Numbered from the stretch's first letter, positions 33,419-44,337 are shown. The stretch is 64,000 bases of DNA from Leptolyngbyaceae cyanobacterium (GCA_965263355.1 CBDHHL010000056.1:928001-992000); one strand, 5' to 3'. The notes: generated from the sequence alone by a model not told the origin. Numbers and translations are program-made.

Positions 33419-34081
33419 ATGAATCAGTCAACGTGGACCGCAGTCGATAACTACTTTAATGATGTTTTGCTGACGGCAGACCCTGTTTTAGAGCAGGCGA
33501 TTCAGGCTAGCGAAGCAGCTGGTATGCCCCAGCATCAAGTCGCCCCTAACCAAGGACAACTGCTGCAGCTTTTAGTCCAGATGATGGGGGCTAAAAATAT
33601 TCTGGAAATTGGCACCTTAGCTGGCTACAGCACTATCTGGCTAGGGCGGGCTGTGGCACCGGACGGTCGTGTTATTACCCTAGAGGCCGATGCCGCCTAT
33701 GCAGAGGTAGCTAAGCAAAATATTGCCCTGGCAGAACTAACCCATGTGGTCGATGTGCGGGTGGGCAGAGCCATTGACACCCTGCCACAGCTGGTAGACC
33801 TGGCTCCCTTTGATTTTATCTTTATCGATGCAGATAAACCGAGCAATCCAGACTATCTGCGGTGGTCTTTAAAACTGTCTCGTCCGGGCACCATCATCGT
33901 TGGCGATAATGTAGTACGTAACGGTGCTGTGGTAGAGCCCGATAGCGCAGATCCTAAGGTTCAGGGCGTGCGTGCGTTTTTGCAGATGATGGCAGATGAG
34001 CCCAGGCTATCGACTACGGCCATTCAGACCGTTGGCAGTAAGGGATATGACGGATTTGCGATCGCACAAGTATTAACTTAA
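33419..34081 (+). CDS. SAM-dependent O-methyltransferase (caffeoyl-CoA/COMT family)
   Basis: LEIGTLAGYS, FDFIFIDADK, GSKGYDGF; start moved to ATG 33419 after a GAGGAG RBS. Confidence 0.88.
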   Translation: MNQSTWTAVDNYFNDVLLTADPVLEQAIQASEAAGMPQHQVAPNQGQLLQLLVQMMGAKNILEIGTLAGYSTIWLGRAVAPDGRVITLEADAAYAEVAKQNIALAELTHVVDVRVGRAIDTLPQLVDLAPFDFIFIDADKPSNPDYLRWSLKLSRPGTIIVGDNVVRNGAVVEPDSADPKVQGVRAFLQMMADEPRLSTTAIQTVGSKGYDGFAIAQVLT

Positions 34082-34732
34082 ACGTGTATGCGAATCTTTC
34101 AAATCACTCAATACGTATGTTTGCGTATCGCATACGCTGTCTCTAAGTATCATATGACAAGGCTAAAAAAGCCTATTTCAATATGTAGCTATAAATGAAC
34201 AAGATATTTTGATTAGCGATAAAGATTTATAAATCAACATTTCTTTTTGTTCGATAGCCTGGACGCCAAAAAACGCTTGGTGCTAAGTTTTGTAATACTG
34301 CGAGCAACTTGCAAAAAAGCGTGATCTTTTGGGTTTACACATTGTTTTTACTCTATAAATCTGTTCTTAAACACTGCAATTCATATATTTTGAATCATTT
34401 AGCATTTCCCTCAGGTCATCTTAAAAGATTGGTTATGGTCAGGCTCAATTGTCCAGTGGTACGTTGCTCGACAGAGTACTAGTAAGAAGCTAGTCAGAAA
34501 GCAGTTTCTCTTTTGCTGTCTGACCCTCACATCAATTCTTAAAACACATGTTATTTCTCCGACGTAGATTTCGTTCTATAGTCGGTGTTCTTGTTGCAAA
34601 CGCTATCTTTAACCAACATTATAATCACGTTGCCAAGGAGATTTTTTCCTGAAATTAGGCTGGGGAGAGCTACCTCCTCAACGTCCGATAAACAGTGATG
34701 TAATGAGTGGTGAGTCGTAAAAAGAGATCAGG

Positions 34733-37700
34733 ATGAACAGAAGACGGGTGCCAAAAACGATTACTCAGGGAGGTGCATTGCTCATAGTCAGTGCCTTCCT
34801 GTGCTCTATGCTCTTTCTATTTCCATTGCAGAACCTACCTGTTAGCTATGCCCAAACCAGTCCTGCGTTAGGATTTGTGGGCAATATGCTGCCGGCAGGG
34901 GGAACCATCTTTGAGGTTGATTCCTTTAGCATTAATATCGAAGCTTACAAAGCGGGGGTGACGGATCAAATTGGTCAGGGAAACGACATCCGCTGTAATG
35001 TTTATTGGAGTCCGGTGACTAGCTTTGGTAGCGATTGGTTAAATCCAGTCACCACTCCCATGAACTATGCAGGGGATGTGGCTAACAACGATGAGTATGG
35101 GGCAACCCTTTTCCCTGGCATCGGCACCTATGAATATACGACCAATTGCGAAGACCTGACAACAGACACAGTGGTCTGGCAACAGGATGGCAATGGGCAA
35201 CTGACCGTTAACAACGATCGCAATGCCCTATGGGTAGACCAGACAACGATTGCCTGGAACAGCTTTGGTTATGCCACCTATGAACTCCATGGGAGCCGAG
35301 ACGGACAGTTGAATATTCCCATGCAGGTAGGTGCTGGGATTCCTTTAAACTTTTCCCGTAAACTTCAACTAGGGGACTATCCCAAGACACCTAATCTGTC
35401 TAACTATGATGCCTGGACAATTCCAGCGGAGTTCATAGGGCAAATTCCTGATTTGTTAAAAGGTGAAGTTGCGATCGCAGCCTATGACCGCAGTGGTTTT
35501 TTGCGAGATGCCTCTCGACTGCAGCTCCAGGGTGTCTTGGACGACATGTACACCTACACAGGAGAACTGGGGGTTGTTTATGCCGAGAATCAACCCAGCT
35601 TGCATCTATGGGCACCCACTGCTCAGTCTGTGGTTTTGCAACGTTTCACCAGTCCTGATCCAACCGCTACACCGATCACGAATCCAATGACCTTAGATTC
35701 GACAACCGGGGTGTGGAGCATTACTGGGGACCCCGATTGGGACAAACAATACTATCGCTACGACATCCAGGTTTTTGTGCCAGATGCTCGCCAGATCGAA
35801 CGCAATCTTGTCACCGATCCCTACTCTCTCAATCTGTCCCAAAATAGCCAGCTAAGCCAAATTCTGGATATTTACAACGACCCTACCCTGAAACCAGCGG
35901 GATGGGACAGCTTACCAAAACCTTCTCTGGAAGCACCTGAGGACATTGCTGTTTATGAAGTCCATGTCCGGGACTTTAGCGCTAATGATACTAAGGTAGC
36001 CGCTCAGGAACAGGGAAAGTTTAAGGCTTTCACCTATGATGGCACTGGCGATAGGCCCTTATCTGATGGCATGAAGCATTTGCTTAACTTAGCCAATGCC
36101 GGCCTCACCCATGTGCATCTATTACCTGCCTTTGATATTGCCTCGGTCAATGAAGATCCCACCCAGCAACAATCGCCTGATCCAGCTGTCTTAGCGACAT
36201 TTGCGCCAGACTCTCCCAAGCAACAGGAAGCGGTCACAGCTACCCGTGGGTTGGATGCCTTTAACTGGGGGTATGACCCATTTCACTATGGAGCTGCCGA
36301 GGGAAGTTACGCGACTAACGCCAATGACACGTCACGGGTGCTTGAGTTTAGGGAAATGGTTCAGGCCCTAAACCGCCATAATCTAGGGGTGGTCATGGAC
36401 GTAGTCTATAACCATACCGCCGCCAGCGGTCAATTTAGTGACTCTGTTTTGGACCGCGTTGTCCCCGGTTATTATTACCGCTATGACAACAATGGGTTTC
36501 TGCAAACCTCCAGCTGTTGTTCAGATACGGCCACTGAGTTCAACATGATGGAAAAGCTCATGGTTGACACGGTGTTGATTTGGGCTAAGGCGTATAAAGT
36601 AGATGGTTTTCGATTTGACTTGATGAATCTCCATACGGTCAAAAATATGCAGGTGCTGAGGGATGCGGTGCAGTCCCTGACCCTAGAAAATGATGGTGTA
36701 GATGGTCAACGTATTTATCTCTATGGTGAAGGGTGGGATTTTGGGTCAGCTCAAGGTAAATTTGCCTCTGTCCAAAGTCAACTACCCAGAAATCCCAACT
36801 TTTTGCATGCTAATCAATTCAATGTAGGAGGAACCGGCATCGGTACCTTTAATGACAAAATCCGTGACGCAGTCCATGGTGGTTTTGGTGATAAAACCAG
36901 ACAGGGATTCTCTAACGGGCAAGCCTATGACTGGAACGGCTATAGGTATTCCAACCGAGGACGGGGAGATTTACGATTTTCCATGGATCGAGTCCGGGTG
37001 GGTCTGGCAGGTAACCTCAGAAATTATCGCTTTACAGACCAGGCAGGTCGCTCAATCACAGGGGAACAGCTGGCCTTTACCGGCTATGCCTTAGATCCCG
37101 AAGAGGTGGTTAACTATGCGACAAAACATGACAATGAGACCCTGTACGACCTGAATGTGTTCAAATTGCCCTTAGGTCAAGGGGGGACACCGATTACTCC
37201 CATGGCTGATCGAGTACGGGTACAAAATATGAACCTAAGCGTGATTGGTTTGTCCCAGGGGATTCCGTTCTTCCACATGGGTAGTGATATGTTGCGTTCA
37301 AAGTCGTTGGACCGCAACAGTTATGATTCTGGGGATTGGTTTAATCGCGTAGATTTTACTTACAATACCAATCATTTTGGCTCAGGTTTACCTCCTAGCT
37401 TCGAGAATGCACGCCTTTGGGGATTTATGGGTCCTTTTTTGAGAAATCAAAGTTTGGTACCGACCTCCACAAACATTGACAATTCTGTTAATCATCTGCA
37501 AGAGATTTTGGCAATTCGCAAAAGCTCCAAGCTGTTTCGTTTGGAAACGGCAGACGCGATCCAGGACCGGGTTAAGTTTCTGAATACAGGACCTGGACAA
37601 CAGGATGCTTTAATTGTCATGTCTCTTCAGGACGGAGATGGTGAGGAGGATTTGGATCCTACCTACGATCAAGTGGTGGTTTTGTTTAATGCGAATAAGT

Positions 37701-37873
37701 TTGGGCAAACCTTTACGGTGCCATCCCTAGCAGGGGCAATGTTGGAACTACATCCTGTGCAGGTGCGATCGCAAGACCCGATTGTCCAAACCGCCAACTT
37801 CGATAGCACCACTGGAACCTTTTCCATTCCAGCGCGAACCACCGCTGTGTTTGTGCTACCTCAAACCCCTTAA
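34733..37873 (+). CDS. Pullulanase-type alpha-1,6-glucosidase (GH13), probably exported
   Basis: FNWGYDP, DVVYNH, DGFRFDLM, YGEGW and KHDN catalytic regions; N-terminal hydrophobic signal. Confidence 0.9.
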   Translation: MNRRRVPKTITQGGALLIVSAFLCSMLFLFPLQNLPVSYAQTSPALGFVGNMLPAGGTIFEVDSFSINIEAYKAGVTDQIGQGNDIRCNVYWSPVTSFGSDWLNPVTTPMNYAGDVANNDEYGATLFPGIGTYEYTTNCEDLTTDTVVWQQDGNGQLTVNNDRNALWVDQTTIAWNSFGYATYELHGSRDGQLNIPMQVGAGIPLNFSRKLQLGDYPKTPNLSNYDAWTIPAEFIGQIPDLLKGEVAIAAYDRSGFLRDASRLQLQGVLDDMYTYTGELGVVYAENQPSLHLWAPTAQSVVLQRFTSPDPTATPITNPMTLDSTTGVWSITGDPDWDKQYYRYDIQVFVPDARQIERNLVTDPYSLNLSQNSQLSQILDIYNDPTLKPAGWDSLPKPSLEAPEDIAVYEVHVRDFSANDTKVAAQEQGKFKAFTYDGTGDRPLSDGMKHLLNLANAGLTHVHLLPAFDIASVNEDPTQQQSPDPAVLATFAPDSPKQQEAVTATRGLDAFNWGYDPFHYGAAEGSYATNANDTSRVLEFREMVQALNRHNLGVVMDVVYNHTAASGQFSDSVLDRVVPGYYYRYDNNGFLQTSSCCSDTATEFNMMEKLMVDTVLIWAKAYKVDGFRFDLMNLHTVKNMQVLRDAVQSLTLENDGVDGQRIYLYGEGWDFGSAQGKFASVQSQLPRNPNFLHANQFNVGGTGIGTFNDKIRDAVHGGFGDKTRQGFSNGQAYDWNGYRYSNRGRGDLRFSMDRVRVGLAGNLRNYRFTDQAGRSITGEQLAFTGYALDPEEVVNYATKHDNETLYDLNVFKLPLGQGGTPITPMADRVRVQNMNLSVIGLSQGIPFFHMGSDMLRSKSLDRNSYDSGDWFNRVDFTYNTNHFGSGLPPSFENARLWGFMGPFLRNQSLVPTSTNIDNSVNHLQEILAIRKSSKLFRLETADAIQDRVKFLNTGPGQQDALIVMSLQDGDGEEDLDPTYDQVVVLFNANKFGQTFTVPSLAGAMLELHPVQVRSQDPIVQTANFDSTTGTFSIPARTTAVFVLPQTP

Positions 37874-37882
37874 AACCAGTTA

Positions 37883-37920
37883 AGGGCATGGGTTTATCTA
37901 TTAAAAGATATCCATGCCCT
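37883..37920. terminator. Hairpin between convergent genes
   Basis: AGGGCATGG...CCATGCCCT inverted repeat. Confidence 0.55.
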
Positions 37921-37939
37921 ACCGACAACTCTTTAAACT

Positions 37940-38287
37940 TTAACTGCTAACTGCCCTGGGATCAGGCCCAAACTTATTGGCACCAGCTGTACCTTCCGTG
38001 ACCGCAAAGATTAAATTTACAATTGGACAAAATATCCACCAACCACTACGTTCAATGTCATGCATGCGACGAAACCCCACCGCAAGCGATGGAACGATCA
38101 TCGCTAAGCTGTAAATTGAGCCAAGAATACTTTGATCCGTATTCATGATTCCGCTCAAAATCCCTGATATAAAGCCGATTCCTATGGAAATTAGAATATT
38201 GAACAAAACAAACATCCAGTATTCTTTTCGGTGTGCACGTCCGTCAAACACCGCATAGTTCTTTAAAACCTTGATATACCATTCCAT
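37940..38287 (-). CDS. DUF805 (YhaH-like) membrane protein
   Basis: YAVFDGRAHRKEYW, RRMHDIERSGWW, NKFGPDP. Confidence 0.88.
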   Translation of the reverse strand: MEWYIKVLKNYAVFDGRAHRKEYWMFVLFNILISIGIGFISGILSGIMNTDQSILGSIYSLAMIVPSLAVGFRRMHDIERSGWWIFCPIVNLIFAVTEGTAGANKFGPDPRAVSS

Positions 38288-38470
38288 TGCACATTTCTCT
38301 CTACGCGTTTGCAGCTAGCTTGCCCAGCCCCTTAATTAGGCCTTATATCGCCCTAGGGGTTGGTCAGCAATTGATTTCTAATATAATCCTTAATTTATAT
38401 CTAACGAATACTATTCAGAATTTATTTGATATCTAGTCAACGTTTATGGATATTACAGGCAAACAACCAT

Positions 38471-40084
38471 TTAAGAACTAGCAAGTCTGCTCCCCAAATT
38501 CTCAAACCCGCTTTTAAGAACCAACTTTGTATCCATTGAGCCCACTTCAATATCTTCTTTTAGCAACTCCACCAAACAACGCTGTCTAAGCAATCGCTGA
38601 ATCTTGAGATGTTTACCCGGCTTTACCTTGGTGCGGGTATAAATCATACAAATCTCTTCTGCAAAGGTCTCTACCCCCATAATACAAGTTGGCTCCAGAA
38701 TATCGTCCTCCGCCTCACACAGCTCCACCCCTACCCGCTCAATAATCTCAAACGCCTTTTCTGGGTCCACCTCATAGGTAATCGACACTTCCACCGCTGC
38801 ATCGATTGGCTGTTTGGAATAGTTCACAATCGAGCCAATATCACCATTGCGAAGGATCTGCACCTGGCCATCTGGGTGCAAAATTCGAGTAGTGCGCAGC
38901 TCAATGGACTGGACAACGCCCTGGGCTTCCGCCGTCTCAATAAAATCACCGACCAGATAATAATCTTCAAACAAGATGAAAAACCCACTCACCAAATCCG
39001 TCACCAGGTTCTGAGCCCCTAAGCCAACGGTAATACCAACAATTCCAGCCCCCGCTAAGATCGGCCCTGGATCAATGTTGAGTACTTTCAAAACAAATAA
39101 AGCCGTGCCAAAATAAATCATGTACCTGAGTAAGCTCACTACCAGGGGGGTAACTGTGACCCGCCGCTGATAAACCTCAGCCGATGTATCCTCAGTGGCC
39201 AGCAATACTTCCGAGACAACCAGTTGCATAATATTGGCAGCAAATCGCCCTACAAAAACCAGGACAATGACTTTCACAGCCATGGCACCATAGCCTGCCA
39301 AATCGGCAATCAAGGCAATTTGGCTAACCACTAGCATTGCCACATACAGCCAGACCACATATTCTAAACAGCGTTTTAGAAACGGAATCAGATGCTGTAG
39401 CCGCTCATAAAACCGCAATAAATTATTTGGGCTCGAATACTTTTTACTGAGGGCATCTAAACTGTCAACTACAACACTGACCGATCTAAAAACGATCACC
39501 CCAATCGAAACAATCAAATAAATACGCCAAGTGGCATATAAATAGGGAGAAACCTGGTCTGGCAAATGCAAAAAACGAGCACACCAAATCAAAGCCAAAA
39601 GCCACATACCCACCGCCAGAACAGCACTCAAAGCATTGAACAGATGCTCGACACTGTCATCATTGGCCGTAATTTGTTCTACCTGCTTAACATAGCGACT
39701 TCCCTTAGCTAACCCGCGTCTAAGGGGACGTTGTAAAGTACCCACCAACACCAGCAAACAAATGCTTTTAGCAATACCCGCCGCAATCCTTAGCCATATA
39801 TCCTGTGGTGTATTTTGAATCAACGACCAGGTGTAGGTATCTGGTCGTTCTCCCTGCAGCAGTATCCATCCGTTAAATCCTGCTACTAATAGAATGAGCA
39901 AGGCACCAGCAATCAGGACAATGCCAAATACGTTCTGTCGCAGCGTTTGCAAACCGGCATCATCTAACTGTAGTGGAGATGATTGAAAAATCCATTGAGT
40001 CCCCCAGTTAAACGAAGCATATAAGAAATAGCAAAGGATAATAATTAAAGTTAGCTCGATGGAAAAGAGCACTAACGCAGCCAT
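38471..40084 (-). CDS. MscS-family mechanosensitive channel
   Basis: AGAGIVGITVGLGAQNLVTDLVSGFFIL, VGDFI, LRTT. Confidence 0.88.
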   Translation of the reverse strand: MAALVLFSIELTLIIILCYFLYASFNWGTQWIFQSSPLQLDDAGLQTLRQNVFGIVLIAGALLILLVAGFNGWILLQGERPDTYTWSLIQNTPQDIWLRIAAGIAKSICLLVLVGTLQRPLRRGLAKGSRYVKQVEQITANDDSVEHLFNALSAVLAVGMWLLALIWCARFLHLPDQVSPYLYATWRIYLIVSIGVIVFRSVSVVVDSLDALSKKYSSPNNLLRFYERLQHLIPFLKRCLEYVVWLYVAMLVVSQIALIADLAGYGAMAVKVIVLVFVGRFAANIMQLVVSEVLLATEDTSAEVYQRRVTVTPLVVSLLRYMIYFGTALFVLKVLNIDPGPILAGAGIVGITVGLGAQNLVTDLVSGFFILFEDYYLVGDFIETAEAQGVVQSIELRTTRILHPDGQVQILRNGDIGSIVNYSKQPIDAAVEVSITYEVDPEKAFEIIERVGVELCEAEDDILEPTCIMGVETFAEEICMIYTRTKVKPGKHLKIQRLLRQRCLVELLKEDIEVGSMDTKLVLKSGFENLGSRLASS

Positions 40085-40714
40085 AATCTAATAGCCCTTA
40101 AATCTGCAGGTGAGTGGACAGATACAGCGTGCGTCCCCATGCCTGAACATTAGGAACATACGATATACGCACCATACAGAACTTGCCCATCCAATGGCAA
40201 TTCCAAGTGGATAAAACCACGAGAGAGGACCTTAAATGTGGAGTCGACTCTCTTGCAAAATATATATTGTTGGCCCGTTCACTTGTTGACCTGTTGAGGC
40301 AACAAAATCACCTAACCAACAACATGACTAGTACCATCAGAAGTCTTATGCCAAGACCAAAATTTAAGATAAGGCAATGAGTAGTGTGTGATGAATTAAA
40401 GAGAGACCATCTCACTACTTAACTACACAACCAGACTGTATTTATCGCAACCGGGAACCGCTATAGAGTGGAGTAGCCCAGATAGGCTTGAACAAATGTG
40501 CTTAGCTCATACCCATGGGAGCTGGTTAGAATACTAATCTATCAACCAACGTATGGATTATTACTCACAGCAATCTGAACCTTAACCCGCTATAAGGGAA
40601 GATGGTACCCCATACCTCCATGCTCTTAAAGTTTCTCTATATGAATTTCCCATGATGGCTTTCAAGTTCACGGCTAAAAACCAGTTGCATCGTGTCCTCA
40701 AACGAGCAATAATT

Positions 40715-40724
40715 TGTCTAGACA
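40715..40724. promoter_or_regulatory. Palindromic GntR/HutC (PhnF-like) operator candidate upstream of phnG
   Basis: TGTCTAGACA; the GTCTAGAC core recurs upstream of phnM. Confidence 0.55.
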
Positions 40725-40763
40725 TCTACATGAATTAACGATTGATTAATTTTTGGTTAAGTC

Positions 40764-41216
40764 ATGATAAAAACAGTGCAGCAGTCAACCAGAGCCATTT
40801 GGATGTCCGTCTTGGCAAAGGCTCCTTTGCCGCTTCTAGAGCAGTGCATCGCCATGATTAAAGACGTACCTGAGTACAGCTTTTTGCGATCGCCAGAAAT
40901 TGGCTTGACCATGGTGCGAGGTCGGGCTGAGGGGACTGGACAACCCTTTAACCTCGGTGAAATGACATTGACTCGATGTGTCGTACAGCTCGATGACATC
41001 ACTGGATTTGGCTATGTCGCTGGGCGCTCAAAACGCCATGCCGAACTAGCTGCCCTATGTGATGGACTCCTGCAGCACCCTGACTGGCACGACCGGGTCC
41101 AGTCCCAGGTAATTGCCCCTTTGCAAACAGCCGCTCAGACAAAACGGGCGACTGACGCTGCGGAAGTAGAATCCACTCGCGTCAATTTCTTCACAATGCT
41201 GCGGGGGGAGAGTTAA
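40764..41216 (+). CDS. phnG: C-P lyase subunit PhnG
   Basis: PEIGLTMVRGR, FNLGEMTLTRC, TRVNFFTMLRGE. Confidence 0.95.
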   Translation: MIKTVQQSTRAIWMSVLAKAPLPLLEQCIAMIKDVPEYSFLRSPEIGLTMVRGRAEGTGQPFNLGEMTLTRCVVQLDDITGFGYVAGRSKRHAELAALCDGLLQHPDWHDRVQSQVIAPLQTAAQTKRATDAAEVESTRVNFFTMLRGES

Positions 41217-41218
41217 CC

Positions 41219-41824
41219 ATGGTTACCCAACTACCAGGATTTGCCGACCCAGTTCACAACGCCCAGAACACCTTTCGTGCCCTTTTAGATGCCCTGGCTA
41301 GACCTGGTATTGCCCAAACAACCCTCTCCCTCAGGTCGCCCAATGGGTTGGAGCCTAGCTGTGCAGCTGCTTGCCTGACGCTATTAGATTTGGAAACTGT
41401 GGTGTGGCTGCAGCCGGGACTTCCAGATGATGTGCGCCCATGGTTAGTGTTTCACACGGGTTGTCGGTTTACTGACAGTCCTCAAGCGGCCAACTTTGCT
41501 GTAATTTGGAATATTGCCACTGCGCCAGAGCTAACTGAATTCTCTTGGGGGACTGCCGAATATCCAGAAGCATCCACATCATTATTAATTCAGTTGTCTG
41601 AGTTATCGGCGGGAGAGGTGATGACGTTGCAAGGACCTGGCATCTTAAACAAGATAGAGATAGAGCTTCCCCTTGGCTTAAGATTTTGGCAACAGTGGCA
41701 AGCTATGACCACAGACTATCCCCTTGGTCTGGACTGTTGGTGTTTTGCCAACGACAAAATGCTAGGCTTACCCCGAACAGCCAAATTGGCAACAGCATCG
41801 ACAGAGGTCCATGGCACTAGCTAA
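41219..41824 (+). CDS. phnH: C-P lyase subunit PhnH
   Basis: PGFADPVHNAQNTFRALLDALARPG, GTAEYPE, GPGI, GLPRT. Confidence 0.95.
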   Translation: MVTQLPGFADPVHNAQNTFRALLDALARPGIAQTTLSLRSPNGLEPSCAAACLTLLDLETVVWLQPGLPDDVRPWLVFHTGCRFTDSPQAANFAVIWNIATAPELTEFSWGTAEYPEASTSLLIQLSELSAGEVMTLQGPGILNKIEIELPLGLRFWQQWQAMTTDYPLGLDCWCFANDKMLGLPRTAKLATASTEVHGTS

Positions 41825-41878
41825 CTGAACACAGATACAGCTATCGAGTTGAGTTAACAAACCCATCAGGAGAGAATT

Positions 41879-43042
41879 ATGCCCTACGTTGCGGTCAAAG
41901 GTGGAGAACAGGCCATTCGCAATGCCGAAGCCTTACTTATGGCAAAACGGCGGGGTGATCAGGCTGTGCCGGAGCTTTCCCTGGAGCAGATCAAGCAACA
42001 GATGCAACTAGCGGTAAACCGCGTCATGGCCGAAGGTAGTTTATACGATCCAGATCTGGCAGCATTGGCAATAAAACAGGCCTGGGGTGACCTGGTGGAG
42101 GCAGCGTTTTTGCTGCGGGCTTATCGGACAACGTTGCCTCGACTTTATTACAGTCAGCCGCTAGATACTAGCATTATGGTTATCCAGCGGCGGATTTCTG
42201 CCATCTTTAAGGAGGCTCCGGGGGGACAGAAACTGGGACCCACCTTTGACTATATTCATCGGTTATTGGACTTTAAACTGGCAGCTGAGGATAATACGTT
42301 TCCGGCACCTACGAGTGAGAAGGTGGAGGTGAAAGAAACAACACCTCGGGTTGCCCATACGTTGGCCCAGGAGGGGTTGGTTATGCCACCAACTAGTGAG
42401 GCGATGGGTGATGGGGCAGAGCCGTTTGACATTACGCGGCAATCATTGACCACGCCAGCAACTCGGGATGCTCGTTTGCAAAATTTAGCCCGTGGTGATG
42501 AGGGTTTTTTGTTGTCTATGGCCTACTCCACCCAGCGGGGGTATGGTAAAAATCATCCCTTTGCTGGCGAGGTGCGTATGGGCGAGGTGGAGGTGATGAT
42601 TTGTCCTGAAGAACTTGGGTTTGAAATTGCCATTGCTGACATTACGGTGACCGAAGTGCAAATGGTTAACCAGTTTAAGGGCAGTAAAGAGATTCCCCCT
42701 CAGTTTACCCAAGGGTACGGTCTCACCTTTGGCTATAACGAACGCAAGGCGATGGCCATGGCTTTGGTGGATCGAGCACTTCAGGCAAAGGATTTGGGAG
42801 AGTCTCTAGATGGGCCAGCCCAGGACGAAGAATTTGTTCTTTATCATTCAGATAATACCGAGGCCCAGGGGTTTGTACAGCATCTTAAGTTACCCCATTA
42901 TATTGACTTCCAGGCTGAGTTGAATCTAATTCGTAAGCTGCGTAGTGATTACGAACAGACAAAATACTTAGGAAACTCGCCATTAGCTAACGTTGAGCAT
43001 GTTCCCTCTGACTCTAGTTCTAAGGAGGTCACAACAGCATGA
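41879..43042 (+). CDS. phnI: C-P lyase subunit PhnI
   Basis: YVAVKGGEQAI, LRAYRTTLPR, HLKLPHY. Confidence 0.96.
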   Translation: MPYVAVKGGEQAIRNAEALLMAKRRGDQAVPELSLEQIKQQMQLAVNRVMAEGSLYDPDLAALAIKQAWGDLVEAAFLLRAYRTTLPRLYYSQPLDTSIMVIQRRISAIFKEAPGGQKLGPTFDYIHRLLDFKLAAEDNTFPAPTSEKVEVKETTPRVAHTLAQEGLVMPPTSEAMGDGAEPFDITRQSLTTPATRDARLQNLARGDEGFLLSMAYSTQRGYGKNHPFAGEVRMGEVEVMICPEELGFEIAIADITVTEVQMVNQFKGSKEIPPQFTQGYGLTFGYNERKAMAMALVDRALQAKDLGESLDGPAQDEEFVLYHSDNTEAQGFVQHLKLPHYIDFQAELNLIRKLRSDYEQTKYLGNSPLANVEHVPSDSSSKEVTTA

Positions 43043-43239
43043 TCAAAGGGGTAAACCATGTCACCCTGGTGGCCTCAGATTTGGAGACGTCTTTTAACTT
43101 TTACAAAGATATCCTTGGCTGTCAGCCACTAGCACGTTGGCAACGAGGGGCCTATTTTCTGGTAGGTGATTTGTGGTTGTGTCATCGCTATATGGGTGAT
43201 TGGCGGTCTCGTCTGGCGGCTGTGAGGGTGGACCCGTAG
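43039..43239 (+). pseudogene. Truncated FosA-like VOC/glyoxalase protein
   Basis: GVNHVTLVASDLETSFNFYKDILG...ARWQRGAYF..GDLWLC matches the FosA N-terminal half; similarity stops after WLC; ATGA-coupled to phnI. Confidence 0.7.
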
Positions 43240-43341
43240 ACGATATGGAATTTTTTATTTGATTTTGTGGATGGGGGATTGGCTATGTTGTGATGTTGCG
43301 GATGGTTGGGGTATGGGATGTGGGGGGCGGGATCCTGGATT

Positions 43342-43372
43342 GTTGGGTTTCGTTGCCTTCAACCCAACCTAC
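43342..43372 (-). repeat. GTAG-type REP palindrome
   Basis: Minus strand GTAGGTTGGGTTGAAGGCAACGAAACCCAAC. Confidence 0.65.
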
Positions 43373-43419
43373 GGTGTTTGTCTATTGTCTATCGTTTATT
43401 GTCGTCAACAACATCACGT

Positions 43420-44325
43420 ATGACCGCTTCTTTCCCTGCGTCTCCTCCCGCCTCCCCTGGTTCCCCCGAACCTGGCTTCAATTTTGCGTATCTGGATGAA
43501 CAGACTAAACGCTCTATTCGTCGTGCCCTACTTAAGGCTGTTGCTATCCCTGGGCATCAGATTCCGTTTAGCTCGCGGGAAATGCCGATGTCCTATGGTT
43601 GGGGGACTGGGGGCATTCAGGTGACAGCCTCGGTCATTGGTAAGGAAGATACCTTAAAGGTGATTGACCAGGGTGCCGATGATACGACCAATGCTGTGAA
43701 TATTCGGCGCTTTTTTAGGAAGGTATGTGGTGTAGCTACCACCGAGCGTACGGAAGAGGCTACATTAATTCAAACCCGTCATCGGATTCCTGAAATTCCC
43801 CTCAAAGAGGGACAGGTGTTTGTCTATCAGGTGCCTATGCCAGAGCCCCTGTATTTTATTGAGCCGTCTCAGACCGAGGCGAACAAGATGCATGCGTTGG
43901 AAGAATATGGGCCGATGTATGTGAAGCTTTATGAGGATATTACCAAATTTGGGCGGATTGCCCTGGCCTATGACTATCCGGTCATGGTGAATGAGCGCCA
44001 CTTGATGAATCCTAGCCCAATTCCCCGGTTTGATAATCCAAAAATGGATATGAATCCGGCGCTACAACTATTTGGGGCGGGAAGAGCAAAACGGATCTAT
44101 GCCATACCACCCTACACCAAGGTAAAAAGCCTGGACTTTGAGGATCATCCATTCTCTGTGGAGCACTGGGAACAGCCCTGTGAGTTTTGTGGGGCAACGG
44201 ATAGTTATTTAGATGAAGTTGTTATTGATGACCAGGGTGGTCGCATGTGGATTTGTTCGGATACGGACTATTGTGAACGACGTCAGCGGGAACAACGGGG
44301 CAGTGCACAAAAACTCGGGCAATAG
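43420..44325 (+). CDS. phnJ: Alpha-D-ribose 1-methylphosphonate 5-phosphate C-P lyase
   Basis: FNFAYLDEQTKRSIRR, YGWGTGG, CEFC...CSDTDYC; start set at ATG 43420 because the upstream extension runs through a REP. Confidence 0.95.
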   Translation: MTASFPASPPASPGSPEPGFNFAYLDEQTKRSIRRALLKAVAIPGHQIPFSSREMPMSYGWGTGGIQVTASVIGKEDTLKVIDQGADDTTNAVNIRRFFRKVCGVATTERTEEATLIQTRHRIPEIPLKEGQVFVYQVPMPEPLYFIEPSQTEANKMHALEEYGPMYVKLYEDITKFGRIALAYDYPVMVNERHLMNPSPIPRFDNPKMDMNPALQLFGAGRAKRIYAIPPYTKVKSLDFEDHPFSVEHWEQPCEFCGATDSYLDEVVIDDQGGRMWICSDTDYCERRQREQRGSAQKLGQ

Positions 44326-44337
44326 GAGGAATACACC

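Noticed and set aside
38609..39022. 137-aa plus-strand ORF and similar short antisense or overlapping ORFs
   Set aside because: Lie within well-supported genes and have no recognisable motifs
40575..40590. Pho box upstream of phnG (CTTAACCC)
   Set aside because: Single unit without 11-bp-spaced partners
43290..43419. phnJ N-terminal extension and the 69-aa ORF
   Set aside because: Runs through a REP palindrome and low-complexity sequence; PhnJ similarity starts later
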